Below are positions 24,346-28,898 of a DNA stretch of 28,898 nt, in pieces. The notes under the pieces were generated by a model. The model was not told where the DNA came from, did no database searches, and saw only the letters and a list, made by a program, of their open reading frames with translations. The number at the start of each line of letters is the position of its first letter. Positions within the stretch are counted from its first letter, which is position 1. Both the position numbers and the translations under genes were made by a program. The DNA comes from an uncultured virus (IMG/VR IMGVR_UViG_2837229570_000001) (Duplodnaviria; Heunggongvirae; Uroviricota; Caudoviricetes): IMG/VR virus record IMGVR_UViG_2837229570_000001. One strand, 5' to 3'.

Positions 24346-24384
24346 CATATCTAAAAACAGACAGGAAAGGAGAAAAGAACAAGT

Positions 24385-25464
24385 ATGACGGACGAGCACA
24401 GCTATGAAGCGCTGATGGCCCGGTGCCTGGGGCGGGTGTCCGCAGAGGTGGACAAGCGGGAGGGCTCCATCCTTTACGACGCGCTGGCCCCGGCCTGTGC
24501 CGAGCTGGCGGTGTTGTACACCGAGCTGGAGACCATGCTGGACCGGGCCTGGCCCGACACGGCCGCCGGGGCGGACCTGGACAAGAAGGCCGCCGAGCGC
24601 AGCCTCATCCGGGCCCCGGCCTCCCCCGCCGTGCGGGAGGGCCGCTTCACCGGCGCGGACGGGGGGGCCTTCGACGTGCCCATAGGCACGCGCTTCTCCG
24701 GCGGAGCGGTGAACTTCACCGTGACGGAGCGGCGGGAGGCCGGCGTCTTCCGCCTCACCGCGGAGACCCCGGGCAGCGTCGGGAACACCTGGTTCGGGAC
24801 CCTGTTCCCCATCGACTATGTGGAGGGCCTGGCGGGGGCGGAGCTGGGGGAGGTGCTGGTCCCCGGCGACGACGCCGAGGACGACGAGAGTCTCCGGGCA
24901 CGCTACTTCGGCTCCTTTGAGAGCCAGGCCTTCGGCGGCAACCGGGCCGACTACCGGGAGAAGGTCCTCTCCCTGCCCGGCGTGGGAGGGGTAAAGATCT
25001 TCCGCACGCCGGAGGGGGGCGGCACGGTGGGCCTCACACTGGTGGACAGCCTGTGGGGGGTGCCCTCCGACGACCTGGTGGCGGCGGTACAGGCCGCCAT
25101 CGACCCCGTGTCCGGCCAGGGGGACGGGGCGGGCCTGGCCCCCATCGGCCACACGGTGACGGTGCGCCCCGCCGTGGGAAAGACCATCGACGTCGCCCTC
25201 ACCCTGACCCTGGAGGGGAGCCTGACCTGGGAGGCCGTGCGCCCCGACGCCGAGGCCGCCCTCCGGGCCTACTTCGCCGAGCTGGTCCAGGGCTGGGCGG
25301 ACGCCTCCGGCCTCACCGTGCGCCTGAGCCAGGTGGAGACCCGGATGCTGGACATCCCCGGCGTGCTGGATGTGCAGGGGACCCGGCTCAACGGCGGGTT
25401 GGCCAATGTGACACTGGAGGAGGAGGAGATCCCGGTGCTGGGGGTGATGAGCCATGGCGCTTGA
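24385..25464 (+). CDS. xkdT: Baseplate J-like wedge protein (XkdT)
   Basis: DKREGSILYDALAP, EDDESLRARY, GGNRADY, GLAPIGHTVTV. Confidence 0.93.
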   Translation: MTDEHSYEALMARCLGRVSAEVDKREGSILYDALAPACAELAVLYTELETMLDRAWPDTAAGADLDKKAAERSLIRAPASPAVREGRFTGADGGAFDVPIGTRFSGGAVNFTVTERREAGVFRLTAETPGSVGNTWFGTLFPIDYVEGLAGAELGEVLVPGDDAEDDESLRARYFGSFESQAFGGNRADYREKVLSLPGVGGVKIFRTPEGGGTVGLTLVDSLWGVPSDDLVAAVQAAIDPVSGQGDGAGLAPIGHTVTVRPAVGKTIDVALTLTLEGSLTWEAVRPDAEAALRAYFAELVQGWADASGLTVRLSQVETRMLDIPGVLDVQGTRLNGGLANVTLEEEEIPVLGVMSHGA

Positions 25465-25999
25465 GTCCTATTGGCCGGAGTACCTGCGGGAGCTCCGGGA
25501 GTTCCAGGCGCTGGCCGGGGCGGAGGAGCCTGAGCTCACCGCGGCGGGGGCCGCGCTGCGCCGCGCGCCGGACGACTTCTACACCGCCACCCTCACCGAC
25601 GCCGGCTGCGCCCGGTGGGAGCGCCTGCTGGGGCTCCCGGTGGTCCACGGCGGAGACCTGGCCCAGCGCCGCTTCCGCATCATGACCCGGATGAACGAGC
25701 AGCGGCCCTTCACCATGGCGCGGCTGGGGGAGATGCTGCGGGGCCTGTGCGGCGAGGAGGGATTCACTCTGGCGCTGGACGGGGCGGACTTCCTGCTGAC
25801 GGTGCGCCTGGCCCTCACCGCCCGGCAGATGCTCTCCGACACGGCCGCCCTGCTGGACCGGGTGGTCCCGGTGAACCTGACGGTGGACCTGTCCCTGCGG
25901 TACAACCAGCATCAGACGCTGCTGGGCCGTACCCACGCCGCTCTGGCGGCGTATACCCACGATCAACTGAGAAATGAGGTGCTTGCAAATGGCGGCTGA
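25454..25999 (+). CDS. xkdU: XkdU/DUF2313-like baseplate protein
   Basis: YWPEYLRELREF..RWERLLGL..RRFRI..PFT..VVPVNL..YNQH. Confidence 0.88.
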   Translation: MALESYWPEYLRELREFQALAGAEEPELTAAGAALRRAPDDFYTATLTDAGCARWERLLGLPVVHGGDLAQRRFRIMTRMNEQRPFTMARLGEMLRGLCGEEGFTLALDGADFLLTVRLALTARQMLSDTAALLDRVVPVNLTVDLSLRYNQHQTLLGRTHAALAAYTHDQLRNEVLANGG

Positions 26000-26573
26000 A
26001 ACAGCCAATTACGGGCTGAAAAAGCCCAGCGCAGAGGATTTTTACAACATTGAGGACTTCAACTGGAACGCCGACGTCATCGACGCTGAGCTGGCGAAGC
26101 GGGCGGAGCTGGGGGAGGACGGGAGAGTGCCCGCCGCGCAGCTCCCGGCCATGGATTTTGACCCGGCGGGCAGCGCCGCGGCGGTGCAGACGGCCCTCTC
26201 CGGCCACACCGGGGACAACGTCCGCCACCTCACCGCGGCGGAGCGGACGGCCTGGAACGCCAAGGCCGCCGGGGATCACACCCACACGGCGGCCCAAGTG
26301 GGGGCGGTGCCCACGACCCGGAAGGTGAACGGCAAGGCGCTCAGTGCGGACGTCACCCTGGCAGCGGCCGACGTGGGGGCGGCGGCCGCCGGCCACAGCC
26401 ACGCCGCCTCCGGCGTCACGGCGGGGACCCTGGCCGGAAAGGTGAACGCCAACGCCTCCGCCGCGGGCACCCTGACCGCCGCCCAGGTCCGGGACATCAG
26501 TGTGGGGACGGCGGAGCTCACCCCGGGGACCTCCGCTCTCGTCACCGGAAGCCTCTACTTTGTCTATGAGTGA
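25989..26573 (+). CDS. Short tail fibre protein
   Basis: TANYGLKKP..FNWNADVID; HxH motifs (DHTH, GHSH); VPTTRKVNGKALSADVTL. Confidence 0.85.
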   Translation: MAAETANYGLKKPSAEDFYNIEDFNWNADVIDAELAKRAELGEDGRVPAAQLPAMDFDPAGSAAAVQTALSGHTGDNVRHLTAAERTAWNAKAAGDHTHTAAQVGAVPTTRKVNGKALSADVTLAAADVGAAAAGHSHAASGVTAGTLAGKVNANASAAGTLTAAQVRDISVGTAELTPGTSALVTGSLYFVYE

Positions 26574-26584
26574 GGTGAGACCGG

Positions 26585-27697
26585 ATGGCGAAAAAAGGAT
26601 ATGTCGGTGTGGGCGGCGTGGCCAGGAAGCTCAAAAAGGGATATGTGGGCGTGGGCGGCGTGGCCCGCAGGCTCAAAAAGGCGTACATCGGCGTGGGCGG
26701 CGTGGCCCGGCCCTGCTGGAGCGGGGGAGAGTTGTCCTACTACGGGACGGCTGCGACCTTGACAAATTCCATAGCGTATCATGCCGGAACATCAGTTGGG
26801 AACTACGCTTTATTTGGAGGCGGTTATTACGCCCCGTCCGCTGCAACCTATTCTACAGTGAATGCCTACAGCAATGCTTTGACGAGAAGCACGCCAACTG
26901 CGCTAAGTACAGCGAGACGCTATCTCGCAGCGGCATCGGTCGGAAATTATGCCCTGTTTGGAGGCGGCCGGCCTGACAGCTCCGCGGTCGACGCATACAG
27001 CACCTCTCTGACCCACAGTGTGCCGACGGCCCTGAGTCAGGCAAGAGGGCAGTTGAACGCGGCATCGGTTGGGAACTATGCGTTGTTTGGCGGTGGACTT
27101 TATTCCAATTCCGGCTACTCGAACGATGTGGACGCTTATAATGCATCGCTTACGAGAAGCCTTCCAAGCGCTCTGGGCGAGGCCAGATACAATCTCGCAG
27201 CGGCGTCGGTCGGGAACTACGCCCTGTTCGCCGGGGGTGTGGCATATGACGACGGTTCATACAGCAGCAGTTATTTGGACGCCTATAATGCCTCGCTGAC
27301 AAAAACCAGCAAAAGCCTTGGCATGATTACCAGCCGCGGTTCATCGGCATCCGTAGGCAGCTACGCATTATTTGCGTATGCGCCTGGAGCTAAAGTTCAA
27401 TCCGTCAATACATCGCTCACGACTGCTGATATTGCGGACCTAAGCCGAGGAAGAAGGAATCCAGCAGGCGGCTCGGTGGGGGACTATGCCCTTTTCGCCG
27501 GAGGTTACGAGTCCGGATATCTGGGTGCCGTAGACGTTTATGACGCATCGCTTACCAAAACGGTGACAACTGATCTGAGTAAGGCGCGAGAAAGCGCAGA
27601 GTCCGCCAGAGCCGGAGATTTTCTCCTGTTTGGCGGCGGCATGATCAGCACCGGAAATTCCGCAGCGACCAACGTCGTAGACGCCTACACAATTTAA
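26585..27697 (+). CDS. Putative receptor-binding protein: triple GYVGVGGVAR repeat plus seven Kelch-like repeats
   Basis: Seven ~44-aa units of the form SVGNYALFGGG..VDAY..SLT; GC drops after ~26730. Confidence 0.75.
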   Translation: MAKKGYVGVGGVARKLKKGYVGVGGVARRLKKAYIGVGGVARPCWSGGELSYYGTAATLTNSIAYHAGTSVGNYALFGGGYYAPSAATYSTVNAYSNALTRSTPTALSTARRYLAAASVGNYALFGGGRPDSSAVDAYSTSLTHSVPTALSQARGQLNAASVGNYALFGGGLYSNSGYSNDVDAYNASLTRSLPSALGEARYNLAAASVGNYALFAGGVAYDDGSYSSSYLDAYNASLTKTSKSLGMITSRGSSASVGSYALFAYAPGAKVQSVNTSLTTADIADLSRGRRNPAGGSVGDYALFAGGYESGYLGAVDVYDASLTKTVTTDLSKARESAESARAGDFLLFGGGMISTGNSAATNVVDAYTI

Positions 27698-27724
27698 ATC
27701 ATTTATTTAAGGAGGAATAGAAAC

Positions 27725-28105
27725 ATGAGCACAAGGTATCAGCTTTGGGACAAGGCCAGTCAGGTCATCACGCCCATTGGGGAGGTGCTGACGGCGGGGC
27801 AGTGGATGGAGCGGTATCCCGCGGCGGCGGCGATCCCCTATGTGCTGGCTGCCGGGGAGGTGAACGGGGCGTTCTGCACGCCCCTTGCCCAGATGAAGCA
27901 GATCTGCGCCCAGCAGGGGTGCGACTTCTCCGCCTGCGGGACCGACCAGGAGGCGCTGGATGCCATCGAAGCCTTCGAGGACGCGCAGAACGCCCCCGGC
28001 GAGGCGGTCTCCAACGAGGAGCTGACGGCCACGAGCCTGGCGTCCATCGCCGCCAGCCTGGAATATCAGAACATGCTCACCCTGGACGACGCGGAGGTGG
28101 TATAA
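27725..28105 (+). CDS. Hypothetical fibre-associated protein
   Basis: AAGGAGG RBS; between RBP and xkdX. Confidence 0.65.
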   Translation: MSTRYQLWDKASQVITPIGEVLTAGQWMERYPAAAAIPYVLAAGEVNGAFCTPLAQMKQICAQQGCDFSACGTDQEALDAIEAFEDAQNAPGEAVSNEELTATSLASIAASLEYQNMLTLDDAEVV

Positions 28106-28106
28106 C

Positions 28107-28247
28107 ATGAGCTTTGAACGGATCCAGTATTATTACGAGGCGGGCCTGTGGAGCAAGCCGATGGTGAAGATGGCGGTGCGCAAGGGCGTCATCACCAGGG
28201 AGCAGTACCGGGACATCACCGGCGAGGACTACAGGGCGCAGACGTGA
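28107..28247 (+). CDS. xkdX: XkdX-family small protein (46 aa; not in the ORF track)
   Basis: MSFERIQYYYEAGLWSKPMVKMAVRKGVITREQYRDITGEDY; GGAGGTGG RBS. Confidence 0.85.
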   Translation: MSFERIQYYYEAGLWSKPMVKMAVRKGVITREQYRDITGEDYRAQT

Positions 28248-28318
28248 GCGCCGCCGGCGGAGCGGGCCCGGTCCAAGTCCCGGCGCAGCGACCGGCCGAA
28301 GTAACGCGGGCAGCGCAA

Positions 28319-28355
28319 AGGCCCCCGGGGACCCTCACAGGGTCCCCGGGGGCCT
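28319..28355. terminator. 17-bp perfect hairpin between convergent genes
   Basis: AGGCCCCCGGGGACCCT CAC AGGGTCCCCGGGGGCCT; T-tracts weak. Confidence 0.6.
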
Positions 28356-28385
28356 GATCTGCTGGAAGTGCGTTAAAACAGGGCC

Positions 28386-28898
28386 CTATCCCGGCCTGCC
28401 CTGACGGGCGAAGGCGGAGAAGATATCCGCAGTCTGGGCCTGGGTGAGGGTGCCGGAGGGGTCCAGCCGTCCGCCGGGGGACCAGGGCAGCACGCCGGCG
28501 TCGCAGGCCCAGTAGAGGGAGTCGTCGGCCCAGGGGGAGATGTCCTGGTAGTCGTTGCAGGCCGCCACCCCGTCAGGGAGAAAGGTATCCCATTCCAGCA
28601 GCGCCGCCCAGCGGCGCAGCAGGACGGCGGCCTCCTCCCGGGTAATGGGCCGCTCCGGCTGGAAGCGGCCCTCCCCGGTCCCCAGTACCAGTCCCTGGTG
28701 GGCGGCCCAGCTCACCGCCGGGGCGTAGTCCGCCCGGGGGGACACGTCGGAAAAGGGGGCCTGGGCATCGTAGGGCACGGCCCCGGCGCTCTCCCACAGG
28801 GCGGAGACGAAGCCGCCCCGGGTGACAGGACCCTCCTCCCCGCGGGCGGTGGGGCACAGCAGCAAAAGTAAGAGCAGCAGCGCGGCAAATTCCTGCAT
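28386..28898 (-). CDS. Secreted S-layer homology (SLH) domain protein (host gene; start at window edge)
   Basis: Signal-like N-terminus; FSDV..AVSWAAHQGLVLG..FQPERPITREEAAVLL; DISPWA. Confidence 0.85.
   Translation of the reverse strand: MQEFAALLLLLLLLCPTARGEEGPVTRGGFVSALWESAGAVPYDAQAPFSDVSPRADYAPAVSWAAHQGLVLGTGEGRFQPERPITREEAAVLLRRWAALLEWDTFLPDGVAACNDYQDISPWADDSLYWACDAGVLPWSPGGRLDPSGTLTQAQTADIFSAFARQGRPG

Larger units (their letters stand above)
2232..28247. mobile_element. Defective/domesticated PBSX-like prophage element (head plus contractile tail; no integrase, intact replication or lysis genes seen)
   Basis: Gene order immA-immR / early genes / terS-terL-portal-scaffold-capsid-connectors / xkdK-xkdX-like tail; flanked by smpB and an SLH gene; no att repeats recognised. 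Confidence 0.85.

Noticed and set aside
14385..28247. Plain R-type tailocin (diffocin) or eCIS/T6SS locus
   Set aside because: Complete terminase, portal and capsid genes are present; no eCIS AAA+ ATPase or T6SS membrane complex
28386..28898. SLH protein as the element's endolysin
   Set aside because: Opposite strand, has a signal peptide and no catalytic domain; looks like a host gene

Overview
High-GC Bacillota-type DNA (SLH protein, smpB/tmRNA, PBSX/Xkd-like genes; a gut Oscillospiraceae-like host is my inference). Left edge: the C-terminus of a large serine recombinase running into the 3' end of tmRNA (ssrA, 516-871, minus), i.e. the end of a separate island integrated in ssrA, then a cyclophilin and smpB. 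From ~2232 to ~28250 is a ~26 kb phage-derived element. It has an ImmA/ImmR-type switch with face-to-face promoters, a truncated replication-initiator fragment, a RinA/ArpU-like activator, terminase, portal, scaffold, capsid, and a PBSX-like contractile tail, baseplate and fibre module. I see no integrase, no intact replication genes and no holin/endolysin, and TerS seems to lack its N-terminal HTH, so it looks like a domesticated PBSX/GTA-like particle system. The most unusual feature is three full-length tape-measure-like genes plus collapsed remnants. Each is preceded by a tandem array of small genes with their own sigma-A promoters: five DUF6440-like copies with conserved ends and variable middles, and two antisense membrane peptides. 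This suggests a polymorphic tape-measure / cognate immunity (or tail-interference) cassette system. All family names are from motif recognition, not database searches.
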